Shown here one piece after another: positions 1-13,260 of a stretch of 64,000 bases of DNA. How positions within the stretch are numbered: the first letter of the stretch is position 1; every line of letters starts with the position of its first letter. The notes beneath the pieces were generated by a model. It was given only the letters and a program-made list of their open reading frames with translations. It ran no database searches and had not been told where the DNA came from. The position numbers and the translations under genes are program-made. The DNA is taken from NCBI RefSeq assembly GCF_009914755.1, contig NC_060925.1. The stretch is one strand, 5' to 3'. This DNA is from the human T2T-CHM13v2.0 reference genome, Homo sapiens.

Positions 1-270
1 AGAGAATCTTCGAACGGACCCGAATGGAATCATCTAATGGAATGGAATGGAATAATCCATGGACTCGAATGCAATCATCATCGAATGGAATCGAATGGAA
101 TCATCGAATGGACTCGAATGGAATAATCATTGAACGGAATCGAATGGAATCATCATCGGATGGAAATGAAAGGAGTCATCATCTAATGGAATTGCATGGA
201 ATCATCATAAAATGGAATCGAATGGAATCAACATCAAATGGAATCAAATGGAATCATTGAACGGAATTGA

Positions 271-1380
271 ATGGAATCGTCATCGAATGAATTGAATGCA
301 ATCATCGAATGGTCTCGAATGGAATCATCTTCTAATGGAAAGGAATGGAATCATCGCATAGAATCGAATGGAATTATCATCGAATGGAATCGAATGGTAT
401 CAACATCAAAGGGAAAAAAACGGAATTATGGAATGGAATCGAAGAGAATCGTCGAACGGACCCGAATGGAATCATCTAATGGAATGGAATGGAATAATCC
501 ATGGACTCGAATGCAATCATCATCGAATGGAATCGAATGGAATCATCGAATGGACTCGAATGGAATAATAATTGAACGGAATCGAATGGAATCATCTTCG
601 GATGGAAACGAATGGAATCATCATCGAATGGAAATGATAGGAATCATCATCTAATGGAATTGCATGGAATCATCATAAAATGGAATCGAATGGAATCATC
701 ATCAGATGGAAATGAATGGAATCGTCATAGAATGGAATCGAATGGATTCATTGAATGGAATCAGATGGAATCATCCAATGGACTGGAATGGAATCATTTA
801 ATGGACTCGAAAGGGATAATTATTGAATGGAATTGAATGGAATCATCGAATGGTCTCGATTGGAATCATTATCAAATGGAATCGAATGGAATCACCGAAT
901 AGAATCGAATGGAACAATCATCGAATGGACTCAAATGGAATTATCCTCAAATGGAATCGAATGGAATTATCGAATGCAATCGAATGGAATTATCGAATGC
1001 AATCGAATAGAATCATCGAATGGACTCGAATGGAATCATCGAATGGAATGGAATGGAACAGTCAATGAACTCGAATGGAATCATCATTTAATGGAATCGA
1101 ATGGAATCATCGAGTGGAATCAAATGGAATTATGATCAAATGGAATCGAATGTAATCATCATCAAATGGAATCAAAAATAAACATCATCAATTGGTATTG
1201 AATGGAATTGTCACCAAATGGAATTCAAAGGAAACATCATCAAATGGAACCGAATGGAATCCTCATTGAATGGAAATGAAAGGGGTCATCATCTAATGGA
1301 ATCACATGGAATCATCATCAAATGGAATCGAATGGAATCATCATCAAGTGGAATCTGATGGAATCATTGAACAGAATTGA
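271..1380 (+). repeat. Truncated 1,110-bp unit (666-bp internal deletion)
   Basis: Module start 271 to next A1 start 1381 is 1,110 bp. The module tail (CATCATAAAATGGAATCGAATGGAATC) runs directly into ATCATCAGATGGAAATG of the B block at ~690-710. Confidence 0.85.
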
Positions 1381-3156
1381 ATGGAATCGTCATCGAATGA
1401 ATTGAATGCAATCATCGAATGGTCTCGAATGGAATCATCTTCTAATGGAAAGGAATGGAATCATCGCATAGAATGGAATGGAATTATCATCGAATGGAAT
1501 CGAATGGTATCTACAGCAAACGGAAAAAAACGGAATTTTCGAATGGAATCGAAGGGAATCTTCGAACGGACCCGAATGGAATCATCTAATGGAATGGAAT
1601 GGAATAATCCATGGACTGGAAGGCAATCATCATCGAATGGAATCGAATGGAATCATCGAATGGACTCGAATGGAATAATCATTGAACGGAATCGAATGGA
1701 ATCATCTTCGGATGGAAACGAATGGAATCATCATCGAATGGAAATGAAAGGAGTCATCATCTAATGGAATTGCATGGAATCATCATAAAATGGAATCGAA
1801 TGGAATCAACATCAAATGGAATCAAATGGAATCATTGAACGGAATTGAATGGAATCGTCATCGAATGAATTGAATACAATCATCGAATGGTCTCGTATGG
1901 AATCATCTTCAAATGGAATGGAATGGAATCATCGCATAGAATCGAATGGAATTATCATCGAATGGAATCGAATGGAATCAACATCAAACGGAAAAAAACG
2001 GAATTATCGAATGGAATCGAAGAGAATCATCGAATGGACCTGAATGGAATCATCTAATGGAATGGAATGGAATAATCCATGGACTCGAATGCAATCATCA
2101 TCGAATGGAATCGAATGGAATCATCGAATGGACTCGAATGGAATAATCATTGAACGGAATCGAATGGAATCATCATCGGATGGAAATGAATGGAATCATC
2201 ATCGAATGGAATCTAATAGAATTATGGAATGAAATCCAGTGTGATCATCATCGAATGGACCCGAATGGAATCATCATCCAACGGAAGCTAATGGAATCAA
2301 CATCGAATGAATCGAATGGAAACACCATCGAATTGAAACGAATGGAAGTATCATGAAATTGAAATGGATGGACTCATCATCGAATGGATTCGAATGGAAT
2401 CATCGAATAAAATTGATTGAAATCATCATCGAATGGAATCGAGTGGTATCATTGAATGGAATCGAATGGAATCATCATCAGATGGAAATGAATGTAATCG
2501 TCATAGAAAGGAATCGAATGGATTCATTGAATGGAATCAGATGGAATCATCGAATGGACTGGAATGGAATCATTGAATGGACTCGAAAGGGATCATGATT
2601 GAATGGAATTGAATGGAATCATCGAATGGTCTCGATTGGAATCATTATCAAATGGAATCGAATGGAATCACCGAATAGAATCGAATGGAACAATCATCGA
2701 ATGGACTCAAATGGAATTATCCTCCAATGGAATCGAATGGAATTATCGAATGCAATCGAATTGAATTATCGAATGCAATCGAATAGAATCATCGAATGGA
2801 CTCGAATGGAATCATCGAATGGAATGGAATGGAACAGTCAATGAACTCGAATGGAATCATCATTGAATGGAATCGAATGGAATCATCGAGTGGAATCGAA
2901 TGGAATTATGATCAAATGGAATCGAATGTAATCATCATCAAATGGAATCCAAAATAACCATCATCAATTGGTATTGAATGGAATTGTCATCAAATGGAAT
3001 TCAAAGGAATCATCATCAAATGGAACCGAATGGAATCCTCATTGAATGGAAATGAAAGGGGTCATCATCTAATGGAATCGCATGGAATCATCATCAAATG
3101 GAATCGAATGGAATCATCATCAAATGGAATCTAATGGAATCATTGAAAATAATTGA
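1381..3156 (+). repeat. Canonical 1,776-bp unit (example): module A1 (468 bp) + module A2 + unique B block
   Basis: Module starts at 1381 and 1849 are 468 bp apart, and the next unit starts at 3157 (1,776 bp). The B block has once-per-unit landmarks GAAATCCAGTGTGATC (~2231), AACAGTCAATGAAC (~2833), AAAATAACCATCATCAATTGGTATTG (~2951) and GGAATTCAAAGG (~2996). Confidence 0.9.
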
Positions 3157-6100
3157 ATGGAATCGTCATCGAGTGAATTGAATGCAATCATCGAATGGTC
3201 TCGAATGGAATCATCATCTAATGGAAAGGAATGGAATCATCGCATAGAATCGAATGGAATTATCATCGAATGGAATCGAATGGTATCAACACCAAACGGA
3301 AAAAAACGGAATTATCGAATGGAATCGAAGAGAATCTTCGAACGGACCCGAATGGAATCATCTAATGGAATGGAATGGAATAATCCATGGACTGGAAGGC
3401 AATCATCATCGAATGGAATCGAATGGAATCATCGAATGGACTCGAATGGAATAATCATTGAACGGAATCCAATGGAATCATCATCGGATGGAAACGAATG
3501 GAATCATCATCGAATGGAAATGAAAGGAGTCAACATCTAATGGAATTGCATGGAATCATCATAAAATGGAATCGAATGGAATCAACATCAAATGGAATCA
3601 AATGTAATCATTGAACAGAATTGAATGGAATCGTCATCGAATGAATTGAATGCAATCATCGAATGGTCTCGAATGGAATCATCTTCAAATGGAATGGAAT
3701 GGAATCATCGCATAGAATCGAATGGAATTATCATCGAATGGAATCGAATGGAATCAACATCAAACGGAAAAAAACGGAATTATCGAATGGAATCGAAGAG
3801 AATCATCGAATGGACCCGAATGGAATCATCTAATGGAATGGAATGGGATAATCCATGGACACGAATGCAATCATCATCGAATGGAATCGAATGGAATCAT
3901 CGAATGGACTCGAATGGAATAATCATTGAACGGAATCGAATGGAATCATCATCGGATGGAAATGAATGGAATCATCATCGAATGGAATCGAATAGAATTA
4001 TGGAATGAAATCCAGTGTGATCATCATCGAATGGACCCGAATGGAATCATCATCCAACGGAAGCTAATGGAATCAACATCGAATGAATCGAATGGAAACA
4101 CCATCGAATTGAAACGAATGGAATTACCATGAAATTGAAATGGATGGACTCATCATCGAATGGATTCGAATGGAATCATCGAATAAAATTGATTGAAATC
4201 ATCATCGAATGGAATCGAATGGTATCATTGAATGGAATCGAATGGAATCATCATCAGATGGAAATGAATGGAATCGTCATAGAATGGAATCGAATGGATT
4301 CATTGAATGGAATCAGATGGAATCATCGAATGGACTGGAATGGAATCATTGAATGGACTCGAAAGAGATCATTATTGAATGGAATTGAATGGAATCATCG
4401 AATGGTCTCGATTGGAATCATTATCAAATGGAATCGAATGGAATCACCGAATAGAATCGAATGGAACAATCATCGAATGGACTCAAATGGAATTATCCTC
4501 AAATGGAATCGAATGGAATTATCGAATGCAATCGAATGGAATTATCGAATGCAATCGAATAGAATCATCGAATGGACTCGAATGGAATCATCGAATGGAA
4601 TGGAATGGAACAGTCAATGAACTCGAATGGAATCATCATTGAATGGAATCGAATGGAATCATCGAGTGGAATCGAATGGAATTATGATCAAATGGAATCG
4701 AATGTAATCATCATCAAATGGAATCAAAAATAACCATCATCAATTGGTATTGAATGGAATTGTCATCAAATGGAATTCAAAGGAATCATCATCAAATGGA
4801 ACTGAATGGAATCCTCATTGAATGGAAAGGAAAGGGGTCATCATCTAATGGAATCGCATGGAATCATCATCAAATGGAATCGAATGGAATCATCATCAAA
4901 TGGAATCTAATGGAATCATTGAACAGAATTGAATGGAATCGTCATCGAATGAATTGAATGCAATCATCGAATGGTCTCGAATGGAATCATCTTCTAATGG
5001 AAAGGAATGGAATTATCGCATAGAATCGAATGGAATTAACATCCAATGGACTCGAATGGAATCAACATCAAACGGAATCAAGCGGAATTATCGAATGGAA
5101 TCGAAGAGAATCATAGAATGGACTCGAATGGAATCATCTAATGGAATGGAATGGAATAATCCACGGACCCGAATGCAATCATCATCGAACGGAATCGAAT
5201 GGAATCATCGAATGGACTCGAATGGAATAATCATTGAACGGAATCGAATGGAATCATCATCGGATGGAAACGAATGGAATCATCATCGAATGGAAATGAA
5301 AGGAGTCATCATCTAATGGAATTGCATGGAATCATCATAAAATGGAATCGAATGGAATCAACATCAAATGGAATCAAATGGAATCATTGAACGGAATTGA
5401 ATGGAATCGTCATCGAATGAATTGAATGCAATCATCGAATGGTCTCGAATGGAATCATCTTCAAATGGAATGGAATGGAATCATCGCAGAGAATCGAATG
5501 GAATTATCATCGAATGGAATCGAATGGAATCAACATCAAACGGAAAAAAACGGAATTATCGTATGGAATCGAAAAGAATCATCGAATGGACCCGAATGGA
5601 ATCATCTAATGGAATGGAATGGAATAATCCATGGACTCGAATGCAATCATCATCGAATGGAATCGAATGGAATCATCGAATGGACTCGAATGGAATAGTC
5701 ATTGAACGGAATCGAATGGAATCATCATCGGATGGAAATGAATGGAATCATCATCGAATGGAATCGAATAGAATTATGGAATGAAATCCAGTGTGATCAT
5801 CATCGAATGGACACGAATGGAATCATCATCCAACGGAAGCTAATGGAATCAACATCGAATGAATCAAATGGAAACACCATCGAATTGAAACGAATGGAAT
5901 TACCATGAAATTGAAATGGATGGACGCATCATCGAATGGATTCGAATGGAATCATCGAATAAAATTGATTGAAATCATCATCGAATGGAATCGAATGGTA
6001 TCATTGAATGGAATCGAATGGAATCATCATCAGATGGAAATGATTGGAATCGTCATAGAATGGAATCGAATGGATTCTTTGAATGGAATCAGATGGAATC

Positions 6101-6682
6101 ATCGAATGGACTGGAATGGAATCATTGAATGGACTCGAAAGGGATCATGATTGAATGGAATTGAATGGAATTATCGAATGGTCTCGATTGGAATCATTAT
6201 CAAATGGAATCGAATGGAATCACCGAATAGAATCGAATGGAACAATCATCGAATGGACTCAAATGGAATTATCCTCCAATGGAATCGAATGGAATTATCG
6301 AATGCAATCGAATGGAATTATCGAATGCAATCGAATAGAATCATCGAATGGACTCGAATGGAATCATCGAATGGAATGGAATGGAACAGTCAGTGAACTC
6401 GAATGGAATCATCATTGAATGGAATCGAATGGAATCATCGAGTGGAATCGAATGGAATTATGATCAAATGGAATCAAATGTAATCATCATCAAATGGAAT
6501 CAAAAATAAACATCATCAATTGGTATTGAATGGAATTGTCATCAAATGGAATTCAAAGGAAACATCATCAAATGGAACCGAATGGAATCCTCATTGAATG
6601 GAAATGAAAGGGGTCATCATCTAATGGAATCGCATGGAATCATCATCAAATGGAATCTAATGGAATCATTGAACAGAATTGA

Positions 6683-9394
6683 ATGGAATGGTCATCGAAT
6701 GAATTGAATGCAATCATCGAATGGTCTCGAATGGAATCATCTTCCAATGGAAAGTAATGGAATCATCGCATAGAATCGAATGGAATTATCATCGAATGGA
6801 ATCGTATGGTACCAACAGCAAACGGAAAAAAACGGAATTTTCAAATGGAATCGAAGAGAATCTTCGAACGGACCCGAATGGAATCATCTAATGGAATGGA
6901 ATGGAATAATCCATGGACTCGAATGCAATCATCATCGAATGGAATCGAATGGAATCATCGAATGGACTCGAATGGAATAATCATTGAACGGAATCGAATG
7001 GAATCTTCATCGGATGGAAACGAATGGAATCATCATCGAATGGAAATGAAAGGAGTCATCATCTAATGGAATTGCATGGAATCATCATAAAATGGAATCG
7101 AATGGAATCAACATCAAATGGAATCAAATGGAATCATTGAACGGAATTGAATGGAATCGTCATCGAATGAATTGAATGCAATCATCGAATGGTCTCGAAT
7201 GGAATCATCTTCAAATGGAATGGAATGGAATCATCGCATAGAATCGAATGGAATTATCATCGAATGGAATCGAATGGAATCAACATCAAACGGAAAAAAA
7301 CGGAATTATCGAATGGAATCGAAGAGAATCATCGAACGGACCCGAATGGAATCATCTAATGGAATGGAATGGAATAATCCATGGACTCGAATGCAATCAT
7401 CATCGAATGGAATCGAATGGAATCATCGAATGGACTCGAATGGAATAATCATTGAACGGAATCGAATGGAATCATCATCGGATGGAAACCAATGGAATCA
7501 TCATCGAATGGAAATGAAAGGAGTCATCATCTAATGGAATTGCATGGAATCATCATAAAATGGAATCGAATGGAATCAACATCAAATGGAATCAAATGGA
7601 ATCATTGAACGGAATTGAATGGAATCGTCATCGAATGAATTGAATGCAATCATCGAATGGTCTCGAATGGAATCATATTCAAATGGAATGGAATGGAATC
7701 ATCGCATAGAATCGAATGGAATTATCATCGAATGGAATCGAATGGAATCAACATCAAACGGAAAAAAACGGAATTATCAAATGGAATCGAAGAGAATCAT
7801 CGAACGGACCCGAATGGAATCATCTAATGGAATGGAATGGAATAATCCATGGACTCGAAGGCAATCATCATCGAATGGAATCGAATGGAATCATCGAATG
7901 GACTCGAATGGAATAATCATTGAACGGAATCGAATGGAATCATCATCGGATGGAAACGAATGGAATCATCATCGAACGGAAATGAAAGGAGTCATCATCT
8001 AATGGAATTGCATGGAATCATCATAAAATGGAATCGAATGGAATCAACATCAAATGGAATCAAATGGAATCATTGAACGGAATTGAATGGAATCGTCATC
8101 GAATGAATTGAATGCAATCATCGAATGGTCTCGAATGGAATCATCTTCAAATGGAATGGAATGGAATCATCGCATAGAATCGAATGGAATTATCATCGAA
8201 TGGAATCGAATGGAATCAACATCAAACGGAAAAAAACGGAATTATCGAATGGAATCGAAGAGAATCATCGAATGGACCCGAATGGAATCATCTAATGGAA
8301 TGGAATGGAATAATCCATGGACTCGAATGCAATCATCATCGAATGGAATCGAATGGAATCATCGAATGGACTCGAATGGAATAATCATTGAACGGAATTG
8401 AATGGAATCATCATCGGATGGAAATGAATGGAATCATCATCGAATGGAATCGAATAGAATTATGGAATGAAATCCAGTGTGATCATCATCGAATGGACCC
8501 GAATGGAATCATCATCCAACGAAAGCTAATGGAATCAACATCGAATGAATCGAATGGAAACACCATCGAATTGAAACGAATGGAATTATCATGAAATTGA
8601 AATGGATGGACTCATCATCGGATGGATTCGAATGGAATCATCGAATAAAATTGATTGAAATCATCATCAAATGGAATCGAATGGTATCATTGAATGGAAT
8701 CGAATGGAATCATCATCAGATGGAAATGAATGGAATCGTCATAGAATGGAATCGAATGGATTCATTGAATGGAATCAGATGGAATCATCGAATGGACTGG
8801 AATGGAATCATTGAATGGACTCGAAAGGGATCATTATTGAATGGAATTGAATGGAATCATCGAATGGTCTCGATTGGAATCATTATCAAATGGAATCGAA
8901 TGGAATCACCGCATAGAATAGAATGGAACAATCATCGAATGGACTCAAATGGAATTATCCTCAAATGGAATCGAATGGAATTATTGAATGCAATCGAATG
9001 GAATTATCGAATGCAATCGAATAGAATCATCGAATGGACTCGAATGGAATCATCGAATGGAATGGAATGGAACAGTCAATGAACTCGAATGGAATCATCA
9101 TTGAATGGAATCGAATGGAATCATCGAGTGGAATCGAATGGAATTATGTTCAAATGGAATCGAATGTAATCATCATCAAATGGAATCAAAAATAACCATC
9201 ATCAATTGGTATTGAATGGAATTGTCATCAAATGGAAATCAAAGGAATCATCATCAAATGGAACCGAATGGAATCCTCATTGAATGGAAATGAAAGGAGT
9301 AATCATCTAATGGAATCCCATGGAATCATCATCAAATGGAATCGAATGGAATCATCATCAAATGGAATCTGATGGAATCATTGAACAAAATTGA
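6683..9394 (+). repeat. Expanded unit with four 468-bp modules (2,712 bp)
   Basis: Module starts at ~6683, 7151, 7619 and 8087, followed by a single B block. The next unit starts at 9395. Confidence 0.85.
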
Positions 9395-12324
9395 ATGGAA
9401 TCGTCATCGAATGAATTGAATGCAATCATCGAATGGTCTCGAATGGAATCATCTTCTAATGGAAAGGAATGGAATCATCGCTTAGAATCGAATGGAATTA
9501 ACATTGAATGGACTCGAATGGAATCAACATCAAACGGAATCAAGCGGAATTATCGAATGGAATCGAAGAGAATCATCGACTGGACTCGAATGGAATAATC
9601 TAATGGAATTGAATGGAATAATCCACGGACTCGAATGCAATCATCATCGTGTAGAATCGAATGGAATCATCGAATGGACTCGAATGGAATAATCATTGAA
9701 CGGAATCGAATGGAATCATCATCGGATGGAAACGAATGGAATCATCATCGAATGGAAATGAAAGGAGTCATCATCTAATGGAATTGCATGGAATCATCAT
9801 AAAATGGAATCGAATGGAATCATCATCAAATGGAATCTAATGGAATCATTGAACAGAATTGAATGGAATGGTCATCGAATGAATTGAATGCAATCATCGA
9901 ATGGTCTCGAATGGAATCATCTTCTAATGGAAAGGAATGGAATCATCGCATAGAATCGCATGGAATTATCATCGAATGGAATCGAATGGTATCAACACCA
10001 AACGGAAAAAAACGGAATTATCGAATGGAATCGAAGAGAATCTTCGAACGGATCCGAATGGAATCATCTAATGGAATGGAATGGAATAATCCATGGACTC
10101 GAATGCAATCATCATCGAATGGAATCGAATGGAATCATCGAATGGACTCGAATGGAATAATCATTGAACGGAATCGAATGGAATCATCATCGGATGGAAA
10201 TGAATGGAATCATCATCGAATGGAAATGAAAGGAGTCATCATCTAATGGAATTGCATGGAATCATCATAAAATGGAATCGAATGGAATCAACATCAAATG
10301 GAATCAAATGGAATCATTGAACGGAATTGAATGGAATCGTCATCGAATGAATTGAATGCAATCATCGAATGGTCTCAAATGGAATCATCTTCAAATGGAA
10401 TGGAATGGAATCATCGCATAGAATCGAATGGAATTATCATCGAATGGAATCGAATGGAATCAACATCAAACGGAAAAAAACGGAATTATCGAATGGAATC
10501 GAAGAGAATCATCGAACGGACCCGAATGGAATCATCTAATGGAATGGAATGGAATAATCCATGGACTCGAATGCAATCATCATCGAATGGAATCGAATGG
10601 AATCATCGAATGGACTCGAATGGAATAATCATTGAACGGAATCGAATGGAATCATCATCGGATGGAAATGAATGGAATCATCATCGAATGGAAATGAAAG
10701 GAGTCATCTAATGGAATTGCATGGAATCATCATAAAATGGAATCGAATGGAATCAACATCAAATGGAATCAAATGGAATCATTGAACGGAATTGAATGGA
10801 ATCGTCATCGAATGAATTGAATGCAATCATCGAATGGTCTCGAATGGAATCATCTTCAAATGGAATGGAATGGAATCATCGCATAGAATCGAATGGAATT
10901 ATCATCGAATGGAATCGAATGGAATCAACATCAAACGGAAAAAAACGGAATTATCGAATGGAATCGAAGAGAATCATCGAACGGACCCGAATGGAATCAT
11001 CTAATGGAATGGAATGGAATAATCCATGGACTCGAATGCAATCATCATCGAATGGAATCGAATGGAATCATCGAATGGACTCGAATGGAATAATCATTGA
11101 ACGGAATCGAATGGAATCATCATCGGATGGAAATGAATGGAATCATCATCGAATGGAATCGAATAGGATTATGGAATGAAATCCAGTGTGATCATCATCG
11201 AATGGACCCGAATGGAATCATCTAATGGAATGGAATGGAATAATCCATGGACTCGAATGTAATCATCATCGAATGGAATCGAATGAAATCATCGAATGGA
11301 CTCGAATGGAATAATCATTGAACGGAATCGAATGGAATCATCATCGGATGGAAATGAATGGAATCATCATCGAATGGAATCGAATAGAATTATGGAATGA
11401 AATCCAGTGTGATCATCATCGAATGGACCCGAATGGAATCATCATCCAACGGAAGCTAATGGAATCAACATCGAATGAATCGAATGGAAACACCATCGAA
11501 TTGAAACGAATGGAATTATCATGAAATTGAAATGGATGGACTCATCATCGGATGGATTCGAATGGAATCATCGAATAAAATTGATTGAAATCATCATCGA
11601 ATGGAATCGAATGGTATCATTGAATGGAATCGAATGGAATCATCATCAGATGGAAATGAATGGAATCGTCATAGAATGGAATCGAATGGATTCATTGAAT
11701 GGAATCAGATGGAATCATCGAATGGACTGGAATGGAATCATTGAATGGACTCGAAAGGGATCATGATTGAATGGAATTGAATGGAATCACCGAATGGTCT
11801 CGATTGGAATCATTATCAAATGGAATCGAATGGAATCACCGAATAGAATCGAATGGAACAATCATCGAATGGACTCAAATGGAATTATCCTCAAATGGAA
11901 TCGAATGGAATAATCGAATGCAATCGAATGGAATTATCGAATGCAATCGAATAGAATCATCGAATGGACTCGAATGGAATCATCGAATGGAATGGAATGG
12001 AACAGTCAATGAACACGAATGGAATCATCATTGAATGGAATCGAATAGAATCATCGAGTGGAATCGAATGGAATTATGATCAAATGGAATCGAATGTAAT
12101 CATCATCAAATGGAATCAAAAATAACCATCATCAATTGGTATTGAATGGAATTGTCATCAAATGGAATTGAAAGGAATCATCATCAAATGGAACCGAATG
12201 GAATCCTCATTGAATGGAAATGAAAGGGGTCATCATCTAATGGAATCGCATGGAATCATCATCAAATGGAATCGAATGGAATCATCATCAAATGGAATCT
12301 AATGGAATCATTGAACAGAATTGA
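9395..12324 (+). repeat. Expanded unit with four modules plus a 221-bp internal duplication (2,930 bp)
   Basis: Module starts at 9395, 9863, 10331 and 10796 (3-bp CAT deletion at ~10705). GAAATCCAGTGTG occurs twice (~11178, ~11399). Confidence 0.85.
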
Positions 12325-13260
12325 ATGGAATGGTCATCGAATGAATTGAATGCAATCATCGAATGGTCTCGAATGGAATCATCTTCTAATGGAAAGGAAT
12401 GGAATCATCGCATAGAATCGCATGGAATTATCATCGAATGGAATCGAATGGTATCAACACCAAACGGAAAAAAACGGAATTATCGAATGGAATCGAAGAG
12501 AATCTTCGAACGGACCCGAATGGAATCATCTAATGGAATGGAATGGAATAATCCATGGACTCGAATGCAATCATCATCGAATGGAATCGAATGGAATCAT
12601 CGAATGGACTCGAATGGAATAATCATTGAACAGAATCGAATGGAATCATCATCGGATGGAAATGAATGGAATCATCATCGAATGGAAATGAAAGGAGTCA
12701 TCATCTATTGGAATTGCATGGAATCATCATAAAATGGAATCGAATGGAATCAACATCAAATGGAATCAAATGGAATCATTGAACAGTATTGAATGGAATC
12801 GTCATCGAATGAATTGAATGCAATCATCGAATGGTCTCGAATGGAATCATCTTCAAATGGAATGGAATGGAATCATCGCATAGAATCGAATGGAATTATC
12901 ATCGAATGGAATCGAATGGAATCAACATCAAACGGAAAAAAACGGAATTATCGAATGGAATCGAAGAGAATCATCGAACGGACCCGAATGGAATCATCTA
13001 ATGGAATGGAATGGAATAATCCATGGACACGAATGCAATCATCATCGAATGGAATCGAATGGAGTCATCGAATGGACTCGAATGGAATAATCATTGAACG
13101 GAATCGAATGGAATCATCATCGGATGGAAACGAATGGAATCATCATTGAATGGAAATGAAAGGAGTCATCATCTAATGGAATTGCATGGAATCATCATAA
13201 AATGGAATCGAATGGAATCAACATCAAATGGAATCAAATGGAATCATTGAACGGAATTGA

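Noticed and set aside
1381-1848. 468 = 18 x 26 and the 147-bp duplication matching nucleosome length
   Set aside because: The module mixes 23-bp, 26-bp and irregular subunits, and the 147-bp size is set by microhomology spacing. Numerical coincidence without further support.
2225-2250. Non-pentamer islands (GAAATCCAGTGTGATC, AAAAATAACC, GAAAGGGGTC) as insertions or mobile-element remnants
   Set aside because: They are only 10-20 bp, fixed in each unit, and explainable as diverged pentamers. No target-site duplications, terminal repeats or Alu/L1 sequence.
3325-3345. Heat-shock element-like AGAATCTTCG in A1 modules
   Set aside because: Only two correctly spaced inverted nGAAn units are present, whereas a canonical HSE needs three. 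HSF1 stress bodies are chiefly associated with HSat3.
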